64,000 nt of DNA from an uncultured Arcobacter sp. (GCA_965140705.1 OZ223300.1:736001-800000); one strand, 5' to 3'. Positions 1 through 11,987 are shown, numbered from the stretch's first letter. The notes: generated by a model from the sequence alone, not told the origin. Numbers and translations: made by a program.

Positions 1-525
1 GGTGTTGGACATATGGTATTTGATGTTGCTGGTGAAAAACTTGCAGTTATAAATTTGATGGGAAATTTTGCGATGCCAATTTGTGATAATCCTTTCAATA
101 AAGCAACAGAAATTATGAAAGAACTCGAAGAACAAAATATTAAAAATATTTTTATAGATTTTCATGGTGAGGCTACAAGTGAAAAAAGAGTTATGGCTAT
201 GATGTTTAATGGAAAAGTAAGTGGTATTTGTGGAACTCATACTCATGTGGGAACTGATGATTTACAAATAGTTGATGGAACTACATATTTAAGTGATATT
301 GGACTAACTGGTTGCAGAGACAATGTCATAGGAATGGATCCAAAAAATCCAATAGATAAAGCAACAACTGGTTTAGGTGGACATTTTACTATTTCAAGCT
401 CATGCAAATCTATTTTACAAGTTCTTGTGATGGATTTAGAAGAGGGTAAATCAAAAGATGCTTTTAAAATAAAAATATTATGTGATAAAGATGAAGAGAT
501 AATTACAAAGGCACTTTTTGAATAG
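1..525 (+). CDS. YmdB/TIGR00282 metallophosphoesterase, 5'-truncated by window edge
   Basis: DFHGEATSEK, GTHTHV and YLSDIGLTG motifs typical of the YmdB family. Confidence 0.9.
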   Translation, partial: GVGHMVFDVAGEKLAVINLMGNFAMPICDNPFNKATEIMKELEEQNIKNIFIDFHGEATSEKRVMAMMFNGKVSGICGTHTHVGTDDLQIVDGTTYLSDIGLTGCRDNVIGMDPKNPIDKATTGLGGHFTISSSCKSILQVLVMDLEEGKSKDAFKIKILCDKDEEIITKALFE

Positions 526-1159
526 TATTTTAAACTCATTTGATTTATATGTTTTTTTAAAAGAAAAGAATTTAATAAATACAAAGTATAAATACTGGTG
601 GCCAACAAACAGTGATTTTGAAGTCTTTATAGGTGCAATTTTAACACAAAATACAAAATGGACAAATGTAGAAAAATCTTTAGAAAATTTAAGAAAATTA
701 CAACTTTTTGATTTAGAAAAACTTTCAACAGTTGATATAGATATTTTAATATTAGCAATTACTCCAAGTGGTTTCAAAAATCAAAAGTCAGTAAGAATCA
801 AAAAAATATGTGAAAATATACTTGAAGAGTTTGGAGATTTTGAAACTTTTAAACAAAATGTCTCTAGGGAGTGGTTACTTTCTCAAAAAGGAATTGGGGC
901 AGAAACTTGTGATGCAATTTTATGTTATGCCTGTCATAAAGAAGAGATGGTCGTTGATTCTTACACAAATAGATTGGTCAAAACTTTTGGATATGAGTTT
1001 GAAAGTTATGATGATCTTAAAGCTTGGTTAGAATATGGAATTAATGAAAATTTCGATAAAATTGAATCGCTTTATGATTATGATATTTCATTAAACATGA
1101 TATATTGTAGATTTCATGGCAAAATTGTAGAATACATGAAAAATCAAAAAAAGTCTTAA
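518..1159 (+). CDS. HhH-GPD DNA glycosylase (endonuclease III/3-methyladenine glycosylase-like)
   Basis: GAILTQNTKW, HhH motif LLSQKGIGAETCDAIL, VVDSYT. Confidence 0.88.
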   Translation: MNSILNSFDLYVFLKEKNLINTKYKYWWPTNSDFEVFIGAILTQNTKWTNVEKSLENLRKLQLFDLEKLSTVDIDILILAITPSGFKNQKSVRIKKICENILEEFGDFETFKQNVSREWLLSQKGIGAETCDAILCYACHKEEMVVDSYTNRLVKTFGYEFESYDDLKAWLEYGINENFDKIESLYDYDISLNMIYCRFHGKIVEYMKNQKKS

Positions 1160-1172
1160 AGGATTTATAAAA

Positions 1173-1961
1173 ATGATTATTATTCCTCAAACTAAAGGTG
1201 GCGTTGGAAAATCAACAGTTGCTATGCAAGTAATAGCTCCATATTTATATAAAAAGCATGGAAAAAAGATTACTTACATAGAAATTGATGATGAGAATAA
1301 TGATAGTCAATCATTTACAACAACTCAAATAGTAAATAAAAGAATGCTAAGAACAAACAAAGTAAGTGACTTGGATGAACTTATTTTAATGGATGATAGT
1401 CACGAAATAATTATAGATGTTGGTGGAAATAAGACTTCGTCATTGGTTTTAGAAGAGATTAAAAAAGTGGGCTCTTTTGGAAATTTAAAATGGATTATTC
1501 CTTTAGGTGATGGTGAACTTGATGGAAAAAATGCAATTGCAACTATGAAAAAAATAAGAAAAATAGAACAAAGTCCTGATGAAAATATTATATTTGCTTT
1601 AAATCGTGCAATATCTATGGAAAAAGATTATGTGGAAGAACAATTTATAAATTTCTTTGGGCATAAATACTTAGCTTCAAATACAGTAATGTTTGATTTT
1701 ATGAAAGATCCAAAATATTTTACTGTAAAAAATGATAAAGTAATTACTATGAGCAGATACCTAGGTAGTACAGTTTGGGAAATGGCACATAATAATACTG
1801 ATTTTAGAGAAAAAGCTTTAAAAGCTAAAGAAGCTGGTGATGTTGCAAGTGCAAAAAAATATATATTTTTTAGAAGAGTACAATCTGAAGCACAAGATTA
1901 TGTTTTAAATGTATTAAATCCAATCTTTAAAGATTTGGATAAATGGCTAGAAAAAAAATAA
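1173..1961 (+). CDS. ParA/MinD-superfamily P-loop ATPase of unknown function
   Basis: Deviant Walker A KGGVGKST at N-terminus; YIEID and IIIDVGG motifs. Confidence 0.7.
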   Translation: MIIIPQTKGGVGKSTVAMQVIAPYLYKKHGKKITYIEIDDENNDSQSFTTTQIVNKRMLRTNKVSDLDELILMDDSHEIIIDVGGNKTSSLVLEEIKKVGSFGNLKWIIPLGDGELDGKNAIATMKKIRKIEQSPDENIIFALNRAISMEKDYVEEQFINFFGHKYLASNTVMFDFMKDPKYFTVKNDKVITMSRYLGSTVWEMAHNNTDFREKALKAKEAGDVASAKKYIFFRRVQSEAQDYVLNVLNPIFKDLDKWLEKK

Positions 1962-1962
1962 C

Positions 1963-2214
1963 ATGAGTGATATGAGTTTCAAACAAGCAAAAGAGCTTGT
2001 TGAAAAATTAGAGTTAACAGAATTAACACTTAAAAAATCAACTGATGATATAGATAAATCAAGTAAAAAATTTAACGAAGCTTTAAAAATGCAAGAGCAT
2101 TTATTAAAACTTATGCAAATAAAAGACAAAAAATTAGATGTTTTAAAACTGTTGGTAGTTTTAAATGTTGGATTTATTGGAGGCTTACTTGCTGGAGTTT
2201 TTTTATTTAAATAA
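1963..2214 (+). CDS. Small coiled-coil protein with C-terminal transmembrane helix
   Basis: Lys/Glu-rich helical N-terminus, hydrophobic tail; tightly packed between neighbours. Confidence 0.7.
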   Translation: MSDMSFKQAKELVEKLELTELTLKKSTDDIDKSSKKFNEALKMQEHLLKLMQIKDKKLDVLKLLVVLNVGFIGGLLAGVFLFK

Positions 2215-2228
2215 TAGGGATATTTATA

Positions 2229-2939
2229 ATGGGTAAACAAGAAAAAATAGTATCAATGTTCAATGACATAGCTGGAACTTATGATGTTGCAAATAGAGTT
2301 ATGAGTATGGGTATTGATAAAACTTGGAGAAATAAAGCTTGTAATTTAGCTTTTTCTTTTTATGGTAAAAACAAAATAGAAAAAATAATTGATGTGGCTT
2401 GTGGTACAGGTGATATGCTTACTACTTGGCAAAAAGTAGCAGATAAAAATGCAATAGAGATTCAAAATAGAGTTGGAGTTGATCCAAGTGTTGGAATGAT
2501 GGATGTAGCAAAAGTAAAACTACCAAATGTAGAGTTTATAGAAGCTGGTGCTGAATTACTTCCTTTTGATAGTGAAGTAGCTGATATTATCTCTATCTCT
2601 TATGGAATTAGAAATGTTGTTAAAAGACAAGAGGCTTTCCATGAGTTTGCAAGAACTTTAAAAAAAGATGGACTTTTAGTCATTTTAGAGTTTACAAAAA
2701 ATGAAAAAAATTCTCCACTTGATTATCTTACAGATTTTTATTTAAATAAAATTTTACCAACGGTAGGTGGCCTTATTTCAAAAAATAAAGAAGCATACAC
2801 ATATTTACCGACTTCAATTGATGAGTTCTTAACTCAAGATAATTTATGTTTAGAACTAAAAGAAGCGGGATTGGAACCTATTTATGTAAAAGGTTTTTCA
2901 ATGAATATCTCAACACTATTTATTGCAAGAAAGGTTTGA
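2229..2939 (+). CDS. ubiE: UbiE/MenG quinone biosynthesis methyltransferase
   Basis: MFNDIAGTYDVANRVMSMGID, DVACGTGD, SYGIRNV, AYTYLPTSI. Confidence 0.92.
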   Translation: MGKQEKIVSMFNDIAGTYDVANRVMSMGIDKTWRNKACNLAFSFYGKNKIEKIIDVACGTGDMLTTWQKVADKNAIEIQNRVGVDPSVGMMDVAKVKLPNVEFIEAGAELLPFDSEVADIISISYGIRNVVKRQEAFHEFARTLKKDGLLVILEFTKNEKNSPLDYLTDFYLNKILPTVGGLISKNKEAYTYLPTSIDEFLTQDNLCLELKEAGLEPIYVKGFSMNISTLFIARKV

Positions 2940-2947
2940 TTTAAAAT

Positions 2948-4135
2948 ATGAATCAAGCCATTAGTGTTTCAACACTAAACAATCAAATCAAGTCTTTACT
3001 TGAGACTACTTTTATAGGTGTATATGTTCAAGGAGAAATCTCTAATTTGACATATCACTCTTCTGGGCACATTTATTTTTCAATAAAAGATGAAAATTCT
3101 ACAATCTCTTGTGTAATGTTTAGGGGAAATGCTCAATATTTAAAGTTTAGATTAGAAGTAGGAATGAAAATTGTAATTTCAGGAAGTATTACAGCATATA
3201 TTCCAAGAGGAAATTATCAATTAATGTGTACAAAAATTGATCCAGATGGTCAAGGTTCACTTGCTCTTGCCTTTGAACAATTAAAAGAAAAACTTCAAAA
3301 AGAGGGACTTTTTGATTCAAGCACTAAAAAAACTCTTCCAAAATATCCTAGAAATATTGTAATGGTCACATCTCCTACTGGTGCTGCTATTGAAGATATG
3401 AAAAAAGTTGCACAAAATAGATGGCCTTTGGCAAATCTTATTTTGATTCCCACTTTAGTTCAAGGTGAGGGTTCAAAGTTTGATATAGTAAATTCTATAA
3501 AAAAAGCTGATAGTTTAAATTGTGATGTAATGATTGTAGGACGAGGTGGAGGAAGTATCGAAGATCTTTGGGCTTTCAATGAAGAAGTTGTAGCAAGGGC
3601 TATTTATGAAGCAAAAACACCTGTAATATCAGCAGTAGGACATGAAGTTGATTTTTTAATTTCTGATTTTGTAGCAGATGTTAGAGCTGCAACCCCTTCA
3701 AATGCTATGGAAATAGCACTTCCTGATAAAAATGAACATCTTCAATATTTGGATAATTTACAAGTTGAATTTGAAAATAGATTTAAAAGAGTTCTTTATA
3801 ATAAAGAACAAGTTTTATTAAATTATAGAAAGTATTTTGAACAACACTCTTTAGATAAGAAGTTTTCCTTTATTCAAAAAGAGATAGATTATTTAAAATC
3901 AAATTTTTCTAATACTTTATCTCAAATCTTAAAACAAAAGCAAAATGAATTGAATTATCTAAAAACTGCTTATGAATCTAATCATCCAGATAAAAAAATA
4001 AAAGATGGATATGTTCAAATTTCAAAAAACAATCAAGTTATTAGTTTAGATAATGTTAAAGTTAATGAAGAAATAATGTTGGAAAGTTCTAAATTGAAAG
4101 TTAGATGTAATATTTTAGATATTAAAAATATATAA
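2948..4135 (+). CDS. xseA: Exodeoxyribonuclease VII large subunit
   Basis: GEISN, SGHIYF, VGRGGGSIEDLWAFNEE, SAVGHEVD, AATPS. Confidence 0.95.
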   Translation: MNQAISVSTLNNQIKSLLETTFIGVYVQGEISNLTYHSSGHIYFSIKDENSTISCVMFRGNAQYLKFRLEVGMKIVISGSITAYIPRGNYQLMCTKIDPDGQGSLALAFEQLKEKLQKEGLFDSSTKKTLPKYPRNIVMVTSPTGAAIEDMKKVAQNRWPLANLILIPTLVQGEGSKFDIVNSIKKADSLNCDVMIVGRGGGSIEDLWAFNEEVVARAIYEAKTPVISAVGHEVDFLISDFVADVRAATPSNAMEIALPDKNEHLQYLDNLQVEFENRFKRVLYNKEQVLLNYRKYFEQHSLDKKFSFIQKEIDYLKSNFSNTLSQILKQKQNELNYLKTAYESNHPDKKIKDGYVQISKNNQVISLDNVKVNEEIMLESSKLKVRCNILDIKNI

Positions 4136-4201
4136 AATTTAAGCTAAATATAGTAAAATATAATAAATTGATAACACACCACTAATAGGAGTTCAGTTCA
4201 T

Positions 4202-4684
4202 ATGGAAAATAAAGATAAAGACAATGCAGTAATTGATTACGCTAACACAAGTGAGTATATGAAGTTTGTATTAGGTTCTATGCAATACGCAATTGAACTA
4301 CCTAAAATCAGGGAAATTTTAACTTATCCAGAGATGATAACTGTTTTACCAAATGTTCCTACATATATTAAAGGGCTCATTAATTTAAGGGGTGAAGTTG
4401 TTCCTGTTGTAGATTTAAGAGTAAAATTTAAAACTGGTGAGATTGTAAATAATCAAAATACAGCTGTAATTGCTGTTGTAACAGAAGATAAAAGAATGAT
4501 TGGTATTGTTGTTGATAAAGTTGATGATGTTCAAAGACTTGATTTATCATCTTTATCTCCAGTATCTGAAATAGGCTCATCAATCCCCTCAAAATATTTA
4601 AAAGGTTTTGTAAGACTACATAATAATGAAATGTTAGTAATAATGGATATTGAAACAGTTGTTAGTAAATCAGAATTAGAGTAA
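4202..4684 (+). CDS. cheW: Chemotaxis coupling protein CheW
   Basis: GLINLRGEVVPVVDLR, GIVVDKVDDV. Confidence 0.92.
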   Translation: MENKDKDNAVIDYANTSEYMKFVLGSMQYAIELPKIREILTYPEMITVLPNVPTYIKGLINLRGEVVPVVDLRVKFKTGEIVNNQNTAVIAVVTEDKRMIGIVVDKVDDVQRLDLSSLSPVSEIGSSIPSKYLKGFVRLHNNEMLVIMDIETVVSKSELE

Positions 4685-4694
4685 AAGGTGACAA

Positions 4695-5093
4695 ATGTCA
4701 GAGAGTTTACAAGATAGCATTAATAATTTAAAAAAACTAAGATTTCTTTTTGTTGAAGATGAAAAAGATCTCTTAGATATTATTGCTGAAACATTAAAGA
4801 AATTAGAAGTAAACTTTTTATTGGCTAAAAATGGACAAGAGGGACTAGAAGTTTTAAAAAATCATGCAGATGAAATTGATATAATAGTAACTGATATAAG
4901 TATGCCTGTAATGAATGGCTTAGAGATGATAAAAGAAGCCAAAGTTTTATATCCCCACTTGGAATTTATTATAATGACAGCTCATACTGAGGCTAAATAT
5001 AAAATTGAAGCTGAAAGTTATGGCGTAAAGGATTATTTACTTAAGCCATTTGATTTTATAAAATTTATTGAGTTGATTAATCAAAAAAGTTAA
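4695..5093 (+). CDS. Single-domain response regulator
   Basis: FVEDE, TDISMPVMNG, MTAH, LKPF receiver motifs. Confidence 0.9.
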   Translation: MSESLQDSINNLKKLRFLFVEDEKDLLDIIAETLKKLEVNFLLAKNGQEGLEVLKNHADEIDIIVTDISMPVMNGLEMIKEAKVLYPHLEFIIMTAHTEAKYKIEAESYGVKDYLLKPFDFIKFIELINQKS

Positions 5094-5098
5094 ACAAA

Positions 5099-6466
5099 AT
5101 GTCTTTAGATAAGACTTTATTAAAAGAAATCTCTATTTTATATGTAGAAGATGATGATGTAATGAGAACAGAGTTAGCTTCTTTACTTACAAATTTTTTC
5201 GCTCAAGTTTTTTGCGCTAGCAATGGTATAGAGGGCTTAGAAATATTTAAAAAAAATCATAAAAAAATCGATTTAATAATTAGTGATATTAATATGCCAA
5301 AAATGTCTGGTATTGATATGGTAAAAGAACTTAGAAAATTTGATAAAGATGTGGGTGTAATATTTTCAACCGCATATTCTGATAAAGAATTTTTGATTGA
5401 TTCTATTAAATTAAAAGTGGTTAATTATATTATAAAACCAATTGATATAAGAGCTTTATTAGAATCTGTTAGTGAGTTTGCAGAACATTTATCAACTAAA
5501 AAAATCATTAAAACTAAAAATAAAGAGCTCTCTTTATACAAAGAAGCAATTGATGTAAATAGTATCGTAATAAAAACAGATGTTCAGATGAATATAACTT
5601 ACGTAAATTCACATTTTTGTAAAATTTCAGGTTATTCAAAAACTGAACTCATTGGAAAAGAATTTTCAAGTTTAAAATACCATGATGTGGATATAAAAGT
5701 TTATAATAATATGTTTGCAAAAGTTTTAGATAATAAAATGTGGAAGGGAAAATTAAAACAAATTACAAAAGATAATAATATTTTAATTTTAGATTCTTCT
5801 ATAATCCCTTCCCATGATGAAGATGGTAATATAAATGGCTCAATGATTATTCAAAGAGACATAACAGAAGAAGTAAAAAAGCAAAGGGAAGTCGAAGTTG
5901 CTTTAATGAAAGAAAAGAGTGATATCTTTATCAAAACAAAAGAGCTTTTTGCCAAAAATAACGTTCAAATAAATGAGCTTGAGAATCAAGTTAAACAACT
6001 TTTTGAAGAGCTTAGTAAAGCAGAACTAGCTAATGAAAAATATTTAAAACTTTTAGATAAATATAAAGATGATGTTAAAATTTTGACATCAAAAGTAAAT
6101 AAATATGAAAAAAGTGAGATAAGTAATATAAAAGGTATTGATGTCTTAAAAATTCAAAAAGATAATGCAAATTTAAGAATTGAAATTAAAAGATTAAGAG
6201 ATAATATGGAAAAACTTATTATTAACTCTCAGAAAAAAGTAAATCAATTGAGAATTGCTTCAAATTTAGAAGTTGAACATTTAGAAAAAGAGTTAGAAAA
6301 AGTTAAATCTTCCCATGCTTCTATAGATACTAAAGTATTATCAGAAAAAGTTAGATATTGGGAAGAAAAAGCAAAAGAAGAGAGAGAAAGAATTGAAGAT
6401 TTAGAGAAAAGAGTTATGAATTTTGCCGATTCAAAAACTCTTTCAAAAATTTTTAGTGGAAAATAA
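5099..6466 (+). CDS. Receiver-PAS/PAC-coiled-coil protein
   Basis: REC (YVEDD, SDINMPKMSG, IKP); PAS (ITYVNSHFCKISGYSKTELIG, QRDIT); long coiled-coil tail. Confidence 0.85.
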   Translation: MSLDKTLLKEISILYVEDDDVMRTELASLLTNFFAQVFCASNGIEGLEIFKKNHKKIDLIISDINMPKMSGIDMVKELRKFDKDVGVIFSTAYSDKEFLIDSIKLKVVNYIIKPIDIRALLESVSEFAEHLSTKKIIKTKNKELSLYKEAIDVNSIVIKTDVQMNITYVNSHFCKISGYSKTELIGKEFSSLKYHDVDIKVYNNMFAKVLDNKMWKGKLKQITKDNNILILDSSIIPSHDEDGNINGSMIIQRDITEEVKKQREVEVALMKEKSDIFIKTKELFAKNNVQINELENQVKQLFEELSKAELANEKYLKLLDKYKDDVKILTSKVNKYEKSEISNIKGIDVLKIQKDNANLRIEIKRLRDNMEKLIINSQKKVNQLRIASNLEVEHLEKELEKVKSSHASIDTKVLSEKVRYWEEKAKEERERIEDLEKRVMNFADSKTLSKIFSGK

Positions 6467-6470
6467 AAAC

Positions 6471-6998
6471 TTATTTTATCTCTATAGAAATAATTTCTTG
6501 TTCTTTTAAAGGTCTATTCCCTTGATATTGACCAGTTGTAGGAACATTTTCTAATTTTCTTACAACATCCATACCTTTTTTTATATATCCAAAAATTGTA
6601 TGTCTACCATTTAACCAGTATGTTGGAACTGTTGTAATAAAAAATTGACTTCCATTAGTGTCTCGTCCTGAATTAGCCATTGCTAAAATACCTGGTTTAT
6701 CAAATACTGCGTTTGGTGAAAATTCGTCTTTAAATGGTTTTCCCCATATAGATTCTCCACCTCGTCCTGTACCTGTTGGATCTCCACCTTGAATCATAAA
6801 ACCTTTTATAATCCTATGAAAAATCAAATTATTGTAATAACCATTTTTTGCATGTGTAGTAAAATTTTCAACTGCAAGTGGAGCAATGTCAGGTCTTAAT
6901 TCAATTTCAATTGTACCTTGGGTTGTTTTTAAAATTGCTATAGGATTTGCAGCAAAAAGTGAAATAGCTAAAGTTGCTAAGATAAAGATTTTTTTCAT
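6471..6998 (-). CDS. Exported cyclophilin-type peptidyl-prolyl isomerase
   Basis: Signal peptide; FHRIIKGFMIQGGD, AMANSG, NGSQFFIT. Confidence 0.95.
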   Translation of the reverse strand: MKKIFILATLAISLFAANPIAILKTTQGTIEIELRPDIAPLAVENFTTHAKNGYYNNLIFHRIIKGFMIQGGDPTGTGRGGESIWGKPFKDEFSPNAVFDKPGILAMANSGRDTNGSQFFITTVPTYWLNGRHTIFGYIKKGMDVVRKLENVPTTGQYQGNRPLKEQEIISIEIK

Positions 6999-7131
6999 TT
7001 TATACCTTTGTTTTTTTAGGGCTAAAGTATATTATCTTAGCTTTTAAGATTTTATTAAAATAATAGTTTTTATAAGTCTTTAATATTTATTGGATAAAAT
7101 TACCAAAAACATGACAAAAAGGAAGAAAAAA

Positions 7132-7494
7132 ATGGAAATGCCAGTTATCCCTCAACCAACATTTTATATGTTTAAATGTGAACAAAGTGCACCTCCTGGT
7201 ATGCCAAAACCTAGCTGTGTAACAGATGATACTAGAGATTTATATAACTATTTAGCACAAAAAATGATGGAAAAAGGTTTAATGGGACCTGTGCAAGCAA
7301 TTAGAACTTCATGTCTTGGAAGATGTCAAATGGGTCCTCTACTTTTAGTAGAACCAGGGCATACAATGTACTGCAAACTATCTAAGGAAAAAATAGATAA
7401 AATTGTGGAAGAACATATAATAGGTGGAACTCCTGTTCAAGAATTTATTATCCCAGAACAATTTTGGGGTGAACCTATTAATTTAACAAAATAA
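7132..7494 (+). CDS. Thioredoxin-like [2Fe-2S] ferredoxin
   Basis: C...C...CLGRC.GP pattern; start placed at the ATG following AAGGAAG. Confidence 0.85.
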   Translation: MEMPVIPQPTFYMFKCEQSAPPGMPKPSCVTDDTRDLYNYLAQKMMEKGLMGPVQAIRTSCLGRCQMGPLLLVEPGHTMYCKLSKEKIDKIVEEHIIGGTPVQEFIIPEQFWGEPINLTK

Positions 7495-7504
7495 AAGAGG
7501 AATT

Positions 7505-7888
7505 ATGACAATTGATATGCTTTATAGCAAAATTCATAGAGCAACAGTAACTGATGCAAATTTGAATTATGTAGGTTCAATTACAATTGATGAAGAACTT
7601 ATGCAAGCATCAAGTTTAAGAGTTGGACAAAAAGTAGAAATAGTAAATGTGAATAATGGTGAAAGATTTGCTACGTATGTTATAAAAGGTAAAGCTGGAA
7701 GTAAAGACATGTGTCTAAATGGAGCAGCAGCTAGAAAAGTAGAAGTAGGGGATAAAATTATCGTTATTGCTTATGCTTCTTACAGTGAAAAAGAACTAGA
7801 AAATTATAAACCAATAGTTGTACTTGTAGATGAAAAAAATAATGTAACTACTATAACAAATGAATTAATTGGGAGTGACCATGTTTGA
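7505..7888 (+). CDS. panD: Aspartate 1-decarboxylase
   Basis: [23 protein letters not shown]. Confidence 0.97.
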   Translation: MTIDMLYSKIHRATVTDANLNYVGSITIDEELMQASSLRVGQKVEIVNVNNGERFATYVIKGKAGSKDMCLNGAAARKVEVGDKIIVIAYASYSEKELENYKPIVVLVDEKNNVTTITNELIGSDHV

Positions 7889-8204
7889 TGGAATAGATTT
7901 AAGTAAGATCAATTTAAATGAGATTATGGGGCAAGTTCAAAATATGACTGAAAAGGCAAAGGAGGATAATGCTTCAAAAATCTTTACATCAAAAGCAGGT
8001 GGTGGAATGGTTGAGTTATCTATAAATGGTAATTCGGAAGTTATTGATTTACAAATTGATGATTCTTTACTTGAAGATAAAGACTCTTTACAAATTTTAC
8101 TAATTTCAGCTATGAATGATGTAATAAAACAATCAGATGAAAATAAAAAAATGATGGCTATGAACATGATGAGTGGAATGGGATCATTTGGTCAAAATAA
8201 ATAA
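7881..8204 (+). CDS. YbaB/EbfC nucleoid-associated protein
   Basis: [20 protein letters not shown] after GGGAG. Confidence 0.9.
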   Translation: MFDGIDLSKINLNEIMGQVQNMTEKAKEDNASKIFTSKAGGGMVELSINGNSEVIDLQIDDSLLEDKDSLQILLISAMNDVIKQSDENKKMMAMNMMSGMGSFGQNK

Positions 8205-9064
8205 TGAACAAACTTTTAGAAACTTTTGAAAGCTATCTAAAATCTAACCTTCCCGTATCAAAAACTTTTCATCCCCATTTTGAAGATGCCTTAAGTTTGA
8301 TGCTTGATGCTGGTGGAAAAAGATTTAGACCTATGCTTTTACTTGGAGTTGTTAATTCAAAAAATTCTCTTCTTGTAAAGAGTGCTCTTCCTGTAGCCCT
8401 AGGTTTAGAGATGTTACACACTTACTCTTTAATACATGATGACTTACCTGCAATGGATGATGCTGCTTTACGAAGAGGATTTGAGACTTTACATAAAAAG
8501 TATGATGAAGTAACAGCTATACTTGTAGGTGATGCTTTAAATACTGAGGCTTTTAAACAAATAGCAAATGCCCCCCTTTCAAATGATGTAAAAATTGAGT
8601 GTATAAAAGTATTGGCAAGTGATGGTGGAATTGATGGAATGATTATTGGACAAGCTATTGATTGTTTTTTTGAGAATCAAAAACTTGAACTTTCACAACT
8701 TGAATTTTTACATATTCACAAAACTGCAAAATTAATAGCAGCCAGCTTAAAAATGGGTGCAATTATTGCAAACTATGATTTAACTATTCAAGAGAAACTT
8801 TATAACTTTGGGATTGATATTGGACTTCTGTTTCAAATTCAAGATGATATTTTAGATGAAACACAAAGCTCTTTAGAAGCTGGGAAAACTACACATAATG
8901 ATGGAGCAAAAAATTCTTTTGTAAATTTATTGGGACTTGAGGGTGCAATAAAAGCTGCGGATGAACTTGCATTTAAGTGTGAGAGTAATTTAAAATCTCT
9001 TGATGAAGATTTATTTAAATCCCTAAATAATCTGCTTATTAAATATATCAATAGACATAAATAA
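8204..9064 (+). CDS. ispA: Polyprenyl (geranyl/farnesyl) diphosphate synthase
   Basis: GGKRFRP, SLIHDDLPAMD, FQIQDDILD. Confidence 0.92.
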   Translation: MNKLLETFESYLKSNLPVSKTFHPHFEDALSLMLDAGGKRFRPMLLLGVVNSKNSLLVKSALPVALGLEMLHTYSLIHDDLPAMDDAALRRGFETLHKKYDEVTAILVGDALNTEAFKQIANAPLSNDVKIECIKVLASDGGIDGMIIGQAIDCFFENQKLELSQLEFLHIHKTAKLIAASLKMGAIIANYDLTIQEKLYNFGIDIGLLFQIQDDILDETQSSLEAGKTTHNDGAKNSFVNLLGLEGAIKAADELAFKCESNLKSLDEDLFKSLNNLLIKYINRHK

Positions 9065-9078
9065 AATAGTTTTTAAAC

Positions 9079-9099
9079 TCTTAGTCTTCTTTACTCAAT
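9079..9099. promoter_or_regulatory. HAIR-like (HspR) operator upstream of the groES promoter
   Basis: CTTAGT-N7-ACTCAA resembles the HAIR consensus CTTGAGT-N7-ACTCAAG. Confidence 0.6.
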
Positions 9100-9103
9100 T
9101 TAC

Positions 9104-9132
9104 TTGACAAAAATCAAAAATTTTATTACAAT
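9104..9132 (+). promoter_or_regulatory. Sigma70 promoter of groESL
   Basis: TTGACA (9104-9109), 17-bp spacer, TACAAT (9127-9132). Confidence 0.85.
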
Positions 9133-9159
9133 TTAGCACTCAAAAAAATAGAGTGCTAA
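9133..9159. promoter_or_regulatory. CIRCE element (HrcA operator)
   Basis: Perfect TTAGCACTC-N9-GAGTGCTAA directly after the -10 box. Confidence 0.97.
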
Positions 9160-9200
9160 AATTCAAAAATTTATAAATAAACTTGATAGGAGAGTATATA

Positions 9201-11100
<1,900 letters not shown>

Positions 11101-11101
<1 letters not shown>

Positions 11102-11122
11102 AAATAGATTAAATCTATTTTT
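11101..11122 (+). terminator. Hairpin directly after groEL stop
   Basis: AAAATAGAT-TAA-ATCTATTTT inverted repeat. Confidence 0.55.
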
Positions 11123-11183
11123 ACTTTTCCATTTATATCAAAAAGGATTATTTTTAATAATCCTTCCTTTTGAGTATAGACAT

Positions 11184-11215
11184 AAAAAAAGGCCCTTTTT
11201 AAAAAGGGCCTTTTT
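11184..11215. terminator. Bidirectional intrinsic terminator
   Basis: A-run, GGCCCTTTTT/AAAAAGGGCC palindrome, T-run. Confidence 0.75.
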
Positions 11216-11356
11216 AACTTTTAAAGCTTACAAACTCCGTAAACTCAAGCTTTGGTAAAATAAAGCTTTTTTATTCTTAAAGATTAACAATAAATTTTGG
11301 TATAAATTCTACCACTGTAGAAGTCCTATCATTTAAACCTCCATATTGTTTTGGAT
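11184..11356 (-). ncRNA. Candidate stand-alone small transcript carrying micro-ORF MIGLLQW (11332-11309)
   Basis: Minus strand: TATAAT at 11368-11363, GGAGG RBS, ATG, downstream terminator. Confidence 0.4.
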
Positions 11357-11399
11357 AATGTAATTATACCCAAATGAAAACTTAAAGTAAAACTTATAT

Positions 11400-11987
11400 C
11401 TATATATTATACTTTTTCAGATGAATTAAAGAGTCTAAATGCATTGTAATATAGGGGTTAGATTCTTTTCCAATATATTTATAAAATTTTATATTATTGA
11501 TGTTAGTTACTAGTTCAAAATCATCAAAATTGTTAAAATTTTCAAGTTTTCTATGGGTATTTATATATCTTGTTTGATAATCATCAAAAATATATGAGTC
11601 AAAAGCGGGTGAAATTTTTCCATTTTTTACAAGATTACTTCCAGAATCAGAAATTCCTGGGCAATTAATATCATAATAAACTACATTATCAATATTTGTG
11701 CTAAGGGGATATGCTTTACAAACCGTTGGTCGATTTTCATAAATTGTACATTTAAAGTCTTCAATATAAGGGCATAAACTTTTTCCATCACTTAAAAGTA
11801 TAGTAGCTTTTAAGTATCCCATATCTCCAAAGGTGAATAAAATAGGAAAGTTTTTATATACACTTTCAAAATCTTCAAGAATTATTTGACAATAGATACT
11901 TCCTTTTCTTCCATCACAGCATCTAGCCTCACAATTTTCGCAAGTAGAGAAAAAAATATCTTTGTCAATTTTTAAAAATGATTTGAT
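11400..11987 (-). CDS. YkgJ-family cysteine-cluster protein; probable ATC start
   Basis: Frame open 55 codons upstream of the track ATG and contains CENCEARCC; CTIYENRPTVCKAYP downstream; AAGGAG 5 nt before ATC at 11987. Confidence 0.75.
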   Translation of the reverse strand: MKSFLKIDKDIFFSTCENCEARCCDGRKGSIYCQIILEDFESVYKNFPILFTFGDMGYLKATILLSDGKSLCPYIEDFKCTIYENRPTVCKAYPLSTNIDNVVYYDINCPGISDSGSNLVKNGKISPAFDSYIFDDYQTRYINTHRKLENFNNFDDFELVTNINNIKFYKYIGKESNPYITMHLDSLIHLKKYNI

